Positions 38,261 to 50,708 of a stretch of DNA of 64,000 bases are shown here, one piece after another (position 1 is the stretch's first letter; the number at the start of each line of letters is the position of its first letter). Source of the stretch: Rhynchobatus australiae (Eukaryota); assembly GCA_034780895.1 (NCBI GenBank), contig JAUZTB010000001.1:94487643-94551642 (forward strand), written 5' to 3'. Position numbers and translations under genes: made by a program. Below the pieces are notes generated by a model. It made no database searches, was not told the origin of the DNA, and was given only the letters and a program-made list of their open reading frames with translations.

Positions 38261-40646
38261 CCTTATGTTTTGGGTTTGTCATCCAACCACTAGAAGGAGG
38301 TGAATAACAGATAACAACAACTCTTAAAGTCTCTTGAAGTCAACTTCAGGATATTACATACTGCCAATAGGAGTTAGAGGCATTAAAAATGTAAAGACTT
38401 CTTTCATTCGGGTGAATTAAAATTTACCCCATATTTTGAACTTATATTTTCATTAATGTGAATCACAGCATATTTTTAAAATTAATTGAAAACTGAGGCC
38501 TTTATGTTGGCTATTTATGATTCTGAAAGATGATATTCAATTAACTCTACCATATATTAATCAATACAGTTTACTGCCTTCAGTTTCCACACTGACTACA
38601 TTGCAAAATGAATCTTCTGACAATTACAGAAAGCCAATAATTCTCAGTTTGCAACATTGATGGTCTCTGTGTCACATACGTCATTAACTCCAACATCATC
38701 ATTTCCAGTTGTTGAATTTGGGAAACCTGCACCTTAATCTGAGTGTGAATGATTGTGAGAGACAGAGACATCAACCTGCATTATAGCTTTCAGATCAACA
38801 GATATTTCAATATGAAGTATATTCGACAAGAGCAGTATCAACATCATGATCAGTCCTCCATGAAATTTTCTAAATATACCCAAATTTACTTCCCTTGACA
38901 CCTGCATTTGAATGAGGAATTTATTTTCAGAGCTATATTTAGTTATTTTGACATTTGAAGGAAGCAAAAAAATGCACCCTTATAAAATGCTGGTATTTAA
39001 AAGTTAGCCATTGCACTGACATGTCATTGTACTTGAATTCAAAGTAGAAAAGATATTTTTTTTGCTGGAATACCATCCTTGTCAGCTAAACAAGTTCACT
39101 TACGCCAATTATTTTGCTGTTATCGCATTGTTGTTGTATCAGTTTGCTGTCTGTAAATTAGCTCCTTTGTTTCCCACACTGGAGCAGTAACTANNNNNNN
39201 NNNNNNNNNNNNNNNNNNNNNNNNNNNCCTTGGGACATCTTGTGAACGTGAAAAACTTTGTAGACAATGGATTCTTTCTTCATCTCTGCTGGTACCAACT
39301 CCAAGCTGTACATTCTCAAAGTCTCAACAGAATGCCCTCCTATGAGATGACATTGTTCTGAAAGGTGATGTGTCAATCAGTACAATTGTCACATTGAAGT
39401 ACCTGAAGCATTATGTCTCAAGCCGAGATGTCTGCTCATCTGTAATTGGCATTTCATAGCTGACAATGTGCAAGAGACTAAAATATGACCAACAGAATAT
39501 ATTTCATAAGCCAGGAACACCGAACCTCGAAACTAAAGTTCAGCCTCTTCTGGTGCAGTGAACAGATGCTGTGTGTGGCCCAGGTGATCCATCAAAAAGA
39601 TGAGTTAATTAATAGTTAGGGTGATTTTCATCCTGATCCATGTGTAAAAACCTTCCTTTGTAGTTCCTGATGGCAACTGCTGGCCAAGTTTGCAGTTGCT
39701 GTGCCATCGACACTATGAAACATTGGAAGGTTGTCAGACCCTTAATGGGCTCTTCCCATGGCAACCACTGAGCAGCTGCCAAAAGGCTACCATGGAGGTG
39801 AGGGTGTGGACACAAGCACCATTGTTTCTGGCAATCCCCATCCACCATGCAATCATTTACACAGATCAAGTCCCATATCACAAGTGACTGCACATGATCA
39901 TCACACTGGCAGAGAATGCAGTATTTATCAGCACAATGAATTATATACGAAGGCTGCTGTAATTTATGAGACATGCAGCAAAGTTTTTGGAAATATGCTG
40001 ATGAATAAAAACTAAGAGTCACAGAAACAGCGAGCAATACAAAGATGGGAGAGCATGGGCCAATTAAGTCACACCTTCTTGCAAACCTGCTGTAGGGTTT
40101 GTTCCCTGCTTTCTTGTGGGCTATAAAGAAAGTCATAGGTTGCTTTGTTAACAGCCAGTTTCTGTGGATAAAGATAGAAATGGGGTGTGTGCATTGGATG
40201 ATGTCATTAAATATGACAAATGAACATAGAGTAATGTCATTAAATGTGTCTAAAGTTGTGCAACTGCGCAGTGCATGAAGGGGAATTTGAAGTCCTTGGG
40301 CCAATTTTGCTGGTAGTTGCATCTTGATCTGGAAGTGATTGCTCACATGATCTAACATTGGCAAAATAGTATTTCTGTGGATAAAAGCATGCACCAATGG
40401 GTCTNNNNNNNNNNNNNNNNNNNNNNNNNNNNNNNNNNNNNNNNNNNNNNNNNNNNNNNNNNNNNNNNNNNNNNNNNNNNNNNNNNNNNNNNNNNNNNNN
40501 NNNNNNNNNNNNNNNNNNNNNNNNNNNNNNNNNNNNNNNNNNNNNNNNNNNNNNNNNNNNNNNNNNNNNNNNNNNNNNNNNNNNNNNNNNNNNNNNNNNN
40601 NNNNNNNNNNNNNNNNNNNNNNNNNNNNNNNNNNNNNNNNNNNNNN

Positions 40647-42352
40647 AGGAGATGGACAAGGTCCTTAATGAATATTTCTGCTCTGTTTTCACTATGGAGA
40701 AAGACATGGAGACGTCAGAATGAGGAAAAGTAAATGGGGAGATCTTGGGGATAGTCCGCATTACAGTAGAGGAAGTGCTGGATGTCTTAAAAGGGATAAA
40801 GGTAAACAAATCTCCAGGGCCTGACCAGGTTTATCCAAGAACACTGTAGGAGGTTAGAGAAGAAACTGCAGGAGCCCCAGCTGAGATATTTGCATCATCA
40901 TCAGCCATGGGTGAGGTGCCAGTAGACTGAAGGGTAGTGAATGTTGCGCCTTTATTTAAGAAGGGTGGCAAAGAAAAACCTGGGAACTATAGACCAGTAA
41001 GTCTTAACATCAGTTGTAGGTAAGTTACTGGAGAGGATTCTGAGGGATAAGATACAGTATATGTACATCTGGTAAGATAGGGGTTAATTAGAGGTAGTCA
41101 GCATGGCTTTGTACCTGGCAGATTATGTCTTGCAAACTTGATTGAGTTTTTTGATGAGATAACCAAGAAAGCAGATGAGGCTTGGGCAATGCTCATGGTT
41201 TATATGGACTTCAGTGGAGCCCTTGATAAGGTTCCACATGGTAGGCTGCTCTGGAAGGTTAGATCACATAGAATCCACGGAGAGCTGGCTAATTGGATAC
41301 ACAGTTGGCTTGATAGTGGAAAGCAGAGAGTGATGGGGAAGGTTGTTTCTTGGACTGGAGGCCCGTGACTTGTGGTGTGCCTCAGGGGTTGGTGCTGGGC
41401 CTATTGTTGTTTGTCATCTATGTCGATGATTTAGATAGGAATGTACAGGGCATGGTTAGTAAGTTTGCAGATTACACTAAAATAGGTGGTATAGTGGAAA
41501 ATGAAGAAGGTTATCAAAAATTACAGGNNNNNNNNNNNNNNNNNNNNNNNNNNNNNNNNNNNNNNNNNNNNNNNNNNNNNNNNNNNNNNNNNNNNNNNNN
41601 NNNNNNNNNGGACTTTCACAGCGAATGGCAAGTGTTGTGGAACAGAGGGACTTTGGGGTACAAGTACATGGTTCACTGAAAGTGGAGTCACAGGTAGACA
41701 GGGTAATGAAGAAGGTTTTTGACAGACTGACCTTCACAAGTCAGAGCATTGAGTATAAAAGTCGGGAGGTCATGGTGCAGTTGTTCAGGATGCTGGTGAG
41801 GACGCACTTGGATTATTGTGTTCAGTTTTGGTCACCCTGCTATAGGAAAGATGATATTAAGCTGGAAAGAGTGTAGAAGAGGTTTACATGAATGCTGCCA
41901 GGATTTGAGGGACTGAGTTATAGGGAGAGGTTGGACAGGCTAGGACTTTATTCCTCGGAGCATGAATTTATTCCTTGGACTTTATTCCTTGGAGAGGTGA
42001 ATAAAATCATGAGGGGCATAGATAGGGTGAATGCACTCATTCTTTTTCCCAGAGCTGGGGAATCAAGAACAAGAGGGCATAGGTTTAAGGTGAGAGGGGA
42101 AAGATTTAATAGGAACTTGAAGGGCAACTTTTTTACACAAAGGGTCATATGTATGTGGAATCAGCTGCCAGAGAAAGTGATTGAGGCGGGTACAATAACA
42201 ATTTAAAAAGACAGTTGGACAGGTACATGGATTAGAAAGGTTTATGGGCCTAACGCTGGCAAATGGGACAAGCTTGGATGGGGCATCTTGGTTGGCAAGG
42301 GCCAATTGGGCCAAAGGGCTTGTTTCTGTGCCATATGACTCTGTGACTCTAT
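40647..42352 (+). mobile_element. CR1 LINE, RT domain to 3' end, with stops and frameshifts
   Basis: KSPGPD, PGNYRPVS, VYMDFSGALDKVPH, GVPQGLVLGLLLF, SKFADYTK, YCVQFWSP, RTRGHRFKV, and a tail ending (gactct)n. Confidence 0.95.
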
Positions 42353-43257
42353 TTCTGTCTGTGCATATTTCTTGAGATGATAAGTTTCAAGCACTGCCAC
42401 ACCACTTCCCCAGCACTAAAAAGTAACCAGATCTTCAGGTGGCAAATGCTTTGCGGGAGAGTTTAAAAATGCAATATTTCAAATTACACTTATTTTTAAG
42501 ATTTCTGTCTTTATTTTTCTTTCACCTGATTTAATTTTTCTACACTTATTTCTCTTTCTGTACATGATGTACTGTACATTATGTTCTACACCTCCAAAAT
42601 CTGATTAGTTAAAGGAGTGCACAGTTTCTCTTGTTTATTCAGGTCCCAGATACTAGTTTTCCTCACTCCGTCGTTATCTGTTTGTAATTTCCACAACTTG
42701 CAAAGAAATGAAAAATTTAGAAACCTAACGTTGAGGTCAAACTAATTCCAGCTGCTATTAGTTGCCCAGCCCTTGCAAATTATGACCTAATATTAAGTAT
42801 TATTTATTGTAGATGTTTCCATGAATATAATTGCACCAAAGAGAATTGGACAACACAATATTTGTTGACTTGATCATCACATTTTCCTTTTCTGGCTGAA
42901 TACTTTATCAAATGTAAGTGTTGGACAGCTTGATGGCTTGGTCTGGTCACATGTTGGGAATTGGCTGAGAAGTTGATTTTATTCTTCCTTTCCACCTTGT
43001 GAAGGTTGTAGAGCCCAGATACAGAACATTGATCTAAACAAGGAACAAGAGTCCCAATATTTCATCATACTTTCTGAAGGAATCTGAATCTGTAGTATAG
43101 CATGCATCTTCTACATGCACAAGTAACTCAGAGCACAGTGACATAAATGAATGGGCTACATTTACAATAGAAAGTTAAAGTACACAATGCATGTGCAGGT
43201 AATTCTTGAATGTTCACTGTGGATTTCACGCCCTTTTAACTTGTGCAATTAACTTGC

Positions 43258-43550
43258 ATAAGGGACATTTAAGAGGCTCTTAGATAGACACACGAATGAT
43301 AGAGAAACGGGGAGCTGTGTGGGAGGGAAGGGATGGATAGATCTTAGAGCAGGATAAAATGTCGGCACAACATTGTGGGCCGAAGGGCCTGTACTGTGCT
43401 GCAGTGTTCTATGTTCACGGGTATATGGATGACAAGAGTTTAGAGGGCTAAAGGCCAAGTGCTCGCAAATGGGATTAAGCTTTAGGATACATCTTGGTCG
43501 GCACGGACAGGTGTGGGCCGAAGGGCCTTTCCCGGTGCTGTACTGCTCTT
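43258..43550 (+). mobile_element. Two tandem CR1 3'-end fragments abutting the PMVK promoter
   Basis: Tails gggccgaagggcctgtactgtgctgcagtgttctatgttc and gggccgaagggcctttcccggtgctgtactg. Confidence 0.85.
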
Positions 43551-43847
43551 TGGCACAAGCGGAATGAATGTTGGGCCATTCTAACCGTAGAGGCGCCCGG
43601 ACCGTTTAGCAGGGGACTCATCAGTGTGGATCGCACCACCGGGAGGAGAGGGGAGTTGTAAAGAGAAATTAATTTGTCATCTGAATGTTTCGGGCCCTGT
43701 CCCCGGGCTGGACATTTACCTTTTACATTTAGATAGAATATAAGGAGGGGATTTGTGTGGAGAGAGATCGCTGTTCAGAGGTTGGGGCTTGGGGTGGGAC
43801 GTTTGTCAGTCACCCCCCCCGGAGCAGTGCCGGGGTCCCTGCCCGCC

Positions 43848-43930
43848 ATGACGGCGCCGGCGCTGCTGCTGCTCTTCAGCGGGAAGAGAAAGTCGGGCAA
43901 GGATTTCCTCACCGACCGCATTCAGAGCAG
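43848..43930 (+). CDS. PMVK: Phosphomevalonate kinase, coding exon 1
   Basis: [27 protein letters not shown](R) matches the animal PMVK N-terminus with its P-loop (human [23 protein letters not shown]). The donor CAG|gtcagt at 43931 is phase 2 within the R codon, as recalled for human exon 1. Confidence 0.95.
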
Positions 43931-44060
43931 GTCAGTGGTGGGGGCTCCACGCCCGCCGGCCCCGGTCTCCAGTCCCCGCCCGGCGCCGCCTGTGCCCCGG
44001 GGGAGAGGGCGGCCTGCTCGGTCCCAGCGCCAACTCCGTCCCCCGGACAACGGTCCGGGA

Positions 44061-44120
44061 CGGTGCGCGATCCCGGCTCCTGGTGCGCGGCCCCGGCGGC
44101 TGGTGCGCGATCCCGGCTCC
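44061..44120. repeat. 3 x 20-bp GC-rich tandem repeat in PMVK intron 1
   Basis: cggtgcgcgatcccggctcc / tggtgcgcggccccggcggc / tggtgcgcgatcccggctcc. Confidence 0.85.
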
Positions 44121-44689
44121 TGGCACCTGCAGCCTCTGGTGTTTTCTCCTGGATGTAGAGCAGTCCCCACCCGAACTGCCTTCTCCCCCAGACATCACCC
44201 CTCCTATTTCAGGAGGGCCCTTGGTGTTGGTGTTGGTTTATTATTGTCACTTGTACCGAGGTCCAGTGAAAAACTTGTCCTGCACACCGATCGTACAGGT
44301 CAANNNNNNNNNNNNNNNNNNNNNNNNNNNNNNNNNNNNNNNNNNNNNNNNNNNNNNNNNNNNNNNNNNNNNNNNNNNNNNNNNNNNNNNNNNNNNNNNN
44401 NNNGCTGCAGTTCCCATTATTTAAATGATAATTTGATTGAAAGTGTTGCTTATATTATAAAACCTGAGATGGCATTGACTTATACAGCCAGAGAAATCCA
44501 CAATTTGCATCAATCTCTGGACCATTTAAATAATTTGGTCCACAGGCAACAGGTGTATTTAACTTGAATAAATGTATAATGTACAGTAGAAAATAAACCT
44601 TTCAAGTTGACATCACAGATTGGTGTTTGTTCAGAAAATGATCTGATGGATTGAAATACATTTCCTGTAGAATTACTCAGGGCACCACA

Positions 44690-45660
44690 TATCTCCGCCA
44701 CTTCCGCCATCTCTAATGGGACCCACCACCAAGTACATCTTCCCCTCCCCACCCCTTTCTGCCTTTCACGGGGATTGCTCTCTCTGTGACTCCCTAATAC
44801 ACTCCTCCCCCCTCCCCACCCATCCTGCTCCCGCCCTGGGAACTTTCCACTGCCCTGCCATAGGTGTAACACTTGCCCCTACACCACCTCCATCACCTCC
44901 ATCCAGGGACCCAAACAGTCCTTTCAGGTGAGACAGAGTTTCACCTGCACCTCCCTTAATATCATCTACTGCGTTCAGTGCTCCAAGCGTGGCCTCTTCT
45001 ATATTGGTGAGACCAAACGCAAACTAGGTGACCATTTCGCAGAACACCAGCGCTCTCTCCGTAACCGCAATCTGCATCTCCCCATTGCCAGTCACTTCAA
45101 CTCCCCCTCCCACTCCATCACAGATATGTCAGTTCTCAGCCTCCTCCACTGCCAGGAGAATTCCAAGTGCAAACTGGAGGAACAGCACCTCAGTTTCCAT
45201 CTTGGAACCTTGCAGCCTAACAACATGACATTGAATTCTCTCACTTTAAGTAATCCCCACAACCACCCCCCAATACCCACCCAACCTTCTTTTCTTCCCT
45301 TTCCTAACATATCTCTCTTTTTTCTATCCGCCTTTTACCCTCCTCATGTTTGACCCATCGCCCGGTAAATCTGCTCTTCCCTCCTTCCCCGCATCTGCCT
45401 ATCACTATCTCACCTGCATCCACCTATCACCACCCTGTGTCCACCCCACCTCCCCACTTTTGTCCAAATATTACGGCTCTGCTTTTCCCTCCTATATATT
45501 GGGCTTCCCCTTTTCCAATCTTCAGTCCTGAAGAAGAGTCCTGACCTGCAAGGTTGACAGCCTGCTTTTCTCCATGGATGCTGCCTGGCCCCCTGAGTTC
45601 CTCCAGCATCAGAGTGTTTTTCATCTAGATTCCAGCATCTGTGGTTCTTTGTTTCTCTTT
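44690..45660 (+). mobile_element. Penelope-like element 3' part: GIY-YIG endonuclease plus terminal repeat
   Basis: FTCTSLNIIYCVQCSKRGLFYIGETKRKLGDHFAEH..PIASHFN..LEEQHLSFHLGTLQP is a PLE GIY-YIG signature. The terminal repeat carries a degenerate hammerhead at 45523-45560. Confidence 0.92.
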
Positions 45661-46324
45661 TCACCATATATTTCAGCTTGGTCGAACCTTGGGTGATGAG
45701 AGGCACATTACAGTTTCTTAATGCCCGTTGTAAATGCCATGAACTCTAAACCCAGGTCTCATTTGTAAATCAAAATGGGCTTTTATGGGCATGACGGGAT
45801 CCCAATCTGCATATTTAAAATGGCCAGTGCCTGACATGGGCAAAAACTTTGATGCCCATTTCTGGACCTTCACTAGGATGGTAGCTTCAATCTGAATGTG
45901 GAGGTCACTGATTTAACATCATTTTCAAGTTGCCATTACCCCATTTACAGAAGGTAGAGCCAGTTATACTCAGTCCTTCCATTTCATCACCAGTGAAAAT
46001 TACATTTACTCTGAAATATGATTTTGGAATGTTTAAAAGCCATTTTAGATGGTGAATCTTCTAAATAATGTTAATGTGCAGGAACATGTGCAGAAAAAAG
46101 AATCTTCTGAAAAGAAGCTCACAAATGTAACTTGCCTTTAATATTGATAGCATTTGCGCATTGTTAAATGAATGCTAAAAAGCCTCCTGAAAGAAATAAG
46201 CACATTGTTGCAATTGCACTTTTTTGACAGACCTTTGGTATTCATTGTCAGATATATTCTTAGGGTCTGGAAATCAAACTATTTAGTTATCACCATTGCA
46301 ATTAGATTGTTTCATCAGAGGGGA

Positions 46325-46685
46325 AAAGAAAAATGTATTTATAAAGTACTTTTCACAATTCAGACGGTACCAAAGCTCTTTACAGCCAATGAAGTACTTC
46401 TCAAATTATACTGACTATCCAAGTGTAGACGGCTAATATTCATACAGCAAGCTCCCACATACAGTGAAGTGATATTGTTTCGTGATGTTGATTGAAGGAT
46501 AAACATTGGCTAGGGTACAAGGATAACTCCCTGATTATCTTCATAGCAGCACAACAAAATCTTTTATGGCTAATCTAAAGAGTAGTTGGGCTTTCAGTTT
46601 AGCACAACATCCAAAAGGTGCAACTTCGACAGTAAAACACTCCTTCAGTACAGCACGGAACATCAACCGAGTTATGTTTGAAACA
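46325..46685 (-). mobile_element. DeuSINE (SacSINE1-like), nearly full length
   Basis: caaagctctttacagccaatgaagtactt...acagcaagctcccaca...gatgttgattgaaggataaacattggc is the reverse complement of the Deu domain and tail. Confidence 0.75.
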
Positions 46686-49600
46686 AAAGGGGAAGATTTT
46701 GTCAAAAAGATTGAATATTGGACATTTCTTTTTTAATAGGCTCTGATCTATATTGTTCTGGAGTTCACTTTGATCAGCATTTCTTAAAAGGTTGGAGAAT
46801 TTCAAACATGAAAAAAAGCTAGAGTCAATATGAAGCAGAGACAATTTTCTGAGGCAACAGGATATGGCAGATACCAAAAAAAGAGCAGTTGTAGTATCTC
46901 CAACATGAACATTGAATCAGAATTAGATCACTCCCACTGTTACATCGTAACCAAAGGAGGAGACAGAGTTTTATCCTCTTGGCAATTTTGTTTATTTCTT
47001 GCAAGCCTGCTGAGCCAACACATGCCTGCCAATCACATTGCTTACAAAAAACAAAATAGACATCTGCCAAAGATCAGGCAGGAACTAAGTTAATCTCCAA
47101 TGCACAATGACCCCTGCGGTCTTGGAGGAGAACTAACTATTAAATATTTGTACACCCACCTTCCCAAAAGGTAAATCATAAATACAGTTGGTCCAAGTTT
47201 CTGAGCCTGAAACACCCATTACTGCAGAATGGATCAAGTTTAACCAGAGGAGGTAAACAACTGATATAATTAAATGCTTCCCGGTNNNNNNNNNNNNNNN
47301 NNNNNNNNNNNNNNNNNNNNNNNNNNNNNNNNNNNNNNNNNNNNNNNNNNNNNNNNNNNNNNNNNNNNNNNNNNNNNNNNNNNNNNNNNNNNNNNNNNNN
47401 NNNNNNNNNNNNNNNNNNNNNNNNNNNNNNNNNNNNNNNNNNNNNNNNNNNNNNNNNNNNNNNNNNNNNNNNNNNNNNNNNNNNNNNNNNNNNNNNNNNN
47501 NNNNNNNNNNNNNNNNNNNNNNNNNNNNNNNNNNNNNNNNNNNNNNNNNNNNNNNNNNNNNNNNNNNNNNNNNNNNNNNNNNNNNNNNNNNNNNNNNNNN
47601 NNNNNNNNNNNNNNNNNNNNNNNNNNNNNNNNNNNNNNNNNNNNNNNNNNNNNNNNNNNNNNNNNNNNNNNNNNNNNNNNNNNNNNNNNNNNNNNNNNNN
47701 NNNNNNNNNNNNNNNNNNNNNNNNNNNNNNNNNNNNNNNNNNNNNNNNNNNNNNNNNNNNNNNNNNNNNNNNNNNNNNNNNNNNNNNNNNNNNNNNNNNN
47801 NNNNNNNNNNNNNNNNNNNNNNNNNNNNNNNNNNNNNNNNNNNNNNNNNNNNNNNNNNNNNNNNNNNNNNNNNNNNNNNNNNNNNNNNNNNNNNNNNNNN
47901 NNNNNNNNNNNNNNNNNNNNNNNNNNNNNNNNNNNNNNNNNNNNNNNNNNNNNNNNNNNNNNNNNNNNNNNNNNNNNNNNNNNNNNNNNNNNNNNNNNNN
48001 NNNNNNNNNNNNNNNNNNNNNNNNNNNNNNNNNNNNNNNNNNNNNNNNNNNNNNNNNNNNNNNNNNNNNNNNNNNNNNNNNNNNNNNNNNNNNNNNNNNN
48101 NNNNNNNNNNNNNNNNNNNNNNNNNNNNNNNNNNNNNNNNNNNNNNNNNNNNNNNNNNNNNNNNNNNNNNNNNNNNNNNNNNNNNNNNNNNNNNNNNNNN
48201 NNNNNNNNNNNNNNNNNNNNNNNNNNNNNNNNNNNNNNNNNNNNNNNNNNNNNNNNNNNNNNNNNNNNNNNNNNNNNNNNNNNTGACAATTCCTTTCCTC
48301 CCACAGCTGCTGCTCGACCCACTGAGTTCCTCCAGCAGATTTTTTGTTGCTCCAGTTTCCAGCATCTGCAGTCTGTTGTGTCTTCTGAGATGGATTATTC
48401 AACCATCCACATATTAATATGACATCAAGCATAATCTGTGAAGATTGAATGCTGAGTTTTATTTTGTTCCAATTGCCTATTTTACGTTTACTTGTTGCCC
48501 AAGAATCGAACATCCAGAAATATCTTCTTGAGCAGCTGACCTCACTTTTCAATGCCCCACCTGCTGTATAGTTTAATTACAGTGTGATGAATTTTTGTTG
48601 GTTATTCACATTATGAATATGCCCAAAGGAATCTTTAATATCAAATGTTGGCAGCCTATATAGATATGTGTTTTTTAATATAGGTAGAGTTGATAAGATC
48701 TGAAAAGGCAGCAACTGATAAATTGTTAACAGTGAGAAGTATCTTTGACTGGACATGAATTGCTTGCAGGTGCAAATATATCAGGTCCTAAACACAAAAG
48801 CTTGCCAGGCAACAAAAACATTGCACCAGCTGCTATTAAATTAATGAATACACTGTCCTTTAGGATATTTTGTTCACAGTTGAATGCAATGGCAGAGTGA
48901 TTGCAGTAACATGCAGCATTAGTGCTCACCTTACTAATGCCATTATGTTTGTGCTGTCTTGAATTCTAAGAAATTAATTTACTTTTCAGCGGCTACATGT
49001 CACATATCCTTAAAGGAAAAGCAGGTCAAGCTATAAGCTCAAAGGAAAAGATACTCAATGTGCATTTTATTGTTCCCTTCTGCTGTTTGTCCCCTAGTTC
49101 TTGTACCAAACTTCAGGAACCTGATAGATATACAAACAATATTTCTGAAGCCACACACAAGTGTGAAAGTGTTTTTCATCTTACCTTGTTATCTGTGTCA
49201 TATTATGAATACTGGCAGCATCCAGTGTAATAAGAAGCTGAGACAAATGTGTACTGTCGTTTACTGAAAGAGGTGTCTGATGATCAGATTTACAGTTTAG
49301 ATCACAGTTTTAATTTTGTACAGAAATTGCATATGCATTAGGGCGTTCAACAGAGCCAAACCCAGAAGTTCCACCAGATTGTGAAATGTTTTTCAGTGCT
49401 CTGCAATAGATTTTTTTTTAATCAATAATGTTGCATGCCAGCAGCACATATCTGGATTTTCAATTCAGGTCTTCTGGGNNNNNGATGGACAGTTGCTTGG
49501 AGACATTTGGGCTTTCACAGTGGCATCAAATGGCCTTCAACACCGATTGTGTAAAATTCTACCAAATATTCAAAACTTGAATAGATTAGATTAGATGAGT

Positions 49601-50080
49601 TTATTGACATACACTGAAATAGGCCTTAACTGAATTCCTTCAGTATTAGTTAAAGGGTCTGACTTTTTCATGCCAAAACTGCAATGTCTTTTGTATTAAC
49701 ATAGGCAACAAATGAGAAAGCAACTGCCCAAACCTGACGCAAGATCTTTGTAAATCAGGGGTCTAATGCTAGTCGAGGTTCTTTTTGCAAAACTTTTGCC
49801 CTGAACACAGCCATCTGTTAAAGATGTACCTGGATGTGGAGTGTGGATCCATGCCTGGCAACAATGCAGTACCAGAGTCCTTGCTCATCACCATCCTAAT
49901 CATTTCACTGCTGACCTCTCAACCACTCTTTACTCCCCAATTAACTTGCCTTCTCCCTGGAATTACATGAATGCAGCACCTTAGCATAAAATACCACAGC
50001 TTGGCTTGAAAATTGAAGAACTGCAGAAGGTGGAAATCTGAAATAAAATCAAAAAATGCTGGAAACATTCAGCAGGTCAG

Positions 50081-50602
50081 ATTTATTAGTCACATGTACA
50101 TGGAGACACACAGTGGAATGTGACTTTTTGCGTTAATAGCAAACACAGTCTCAGAATGTGCTGGAGGCATCCTGCAAGTGTCTCCAAACTTTCAGTGCCA
50201 ACATAGCATGACCACANNNNNNNNNNNNNNNNNNNNNNNNNNNNNNNNNNNNNNNNNNNNNNNNNNNNNNNNNNNNNNNNNNNNNNNNNNNNNNNNNNNN
50301 NNNNNNNNNNNNNNNNGTGACTTTTTGCGTTAATAGCCAACACAGTCTGAGAATGTGCTGGAGGCAGCCTGCAAGTGTCGCCACACTTTCAGTGCCAACA
50401 TAGCATGCCCACAACTTCCTAACCCATATGTCTTTCGGAATGTGGGAGGAAACCGGAGCACCCGGAGGAAACCCACACAATCACAGGGAGAACATACAAA
50501 CTCCTTACGGACAGTGGCGGAATTGAACCCAAGTCGCTGGCGCTGTAATAGCTAACTGCTATTGTTAGCGTAATGTTACACTAACCACTACACTACTGTG
50601 CC
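50081..50602 (-). mobile_element. tRNA-derived V-SINE (same family as 33415-33685)
   Basis: Reverse V-domain gtgggaggaaaccggagcacccggaggaaacccac, head gaattgaacccaagtcgctggcgctgtaatag, and tail tttattagtcacatgtacat. Confidence 0.85.
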
Positions 50603-50642
50603 TACCTACTACCATGTTGACCTAAATTCACAGTCACAAGCA

Positions 50643-50708
50643 TGGAGATGCTGGGGATTGAACCTGGGACCTCATACATGTGAAGCATGCGCTCTCCCAC
50701 TGAGCTAC
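50643..50708 (-). pseudogene. tRNA-Ala(CGC)-derived pseudogene, anticodon now CAC, first 6 nt lost
   Basis: Minus strand GTAGCTCAGTGGGAGAGCGCATGCTTCACATGTATGAGGTCCCAGGTTCAATCCCCAGCATCTCCA is near-identical to vertebrate tRNA-Ala-CGC from nt 7. The acceptor and T stems are broken. Confidence 0.85.

Larger units (their letters stand above)
43560..44135 (+). promoter_or_regulatory. CpG island / PMVK promoter and exon 1 region
   Basis: The only strongly GC- and CpG-rich stretch in an AT-rich window. It surrounds the ATG, which has Kozak context gcccgccATG. Confidence 0.85.

Noticed and set aside
39609-40397. 262-aa minus-strand ORF
   Set aside because: No recognisable domain, no ATG start and no splice pattern; probably a chance ORF in old repeat sequence.
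43755-44567. 270-aa ORF containing the PMVK motif
   Set aside because: Only 43848-43930 is coding. The rest is read-through into GC-rich intron and an N-gap, and the listed start is a GTG.
47133-48552. 350-458-aa ORFs
   Set aside because: Almost entirely N-gap.
48991-49024. Short AG...GT segment considered as PMVK exon 2
   Set aside because: Wrong length, and no frame resembles LRLSGPLKEQYA.
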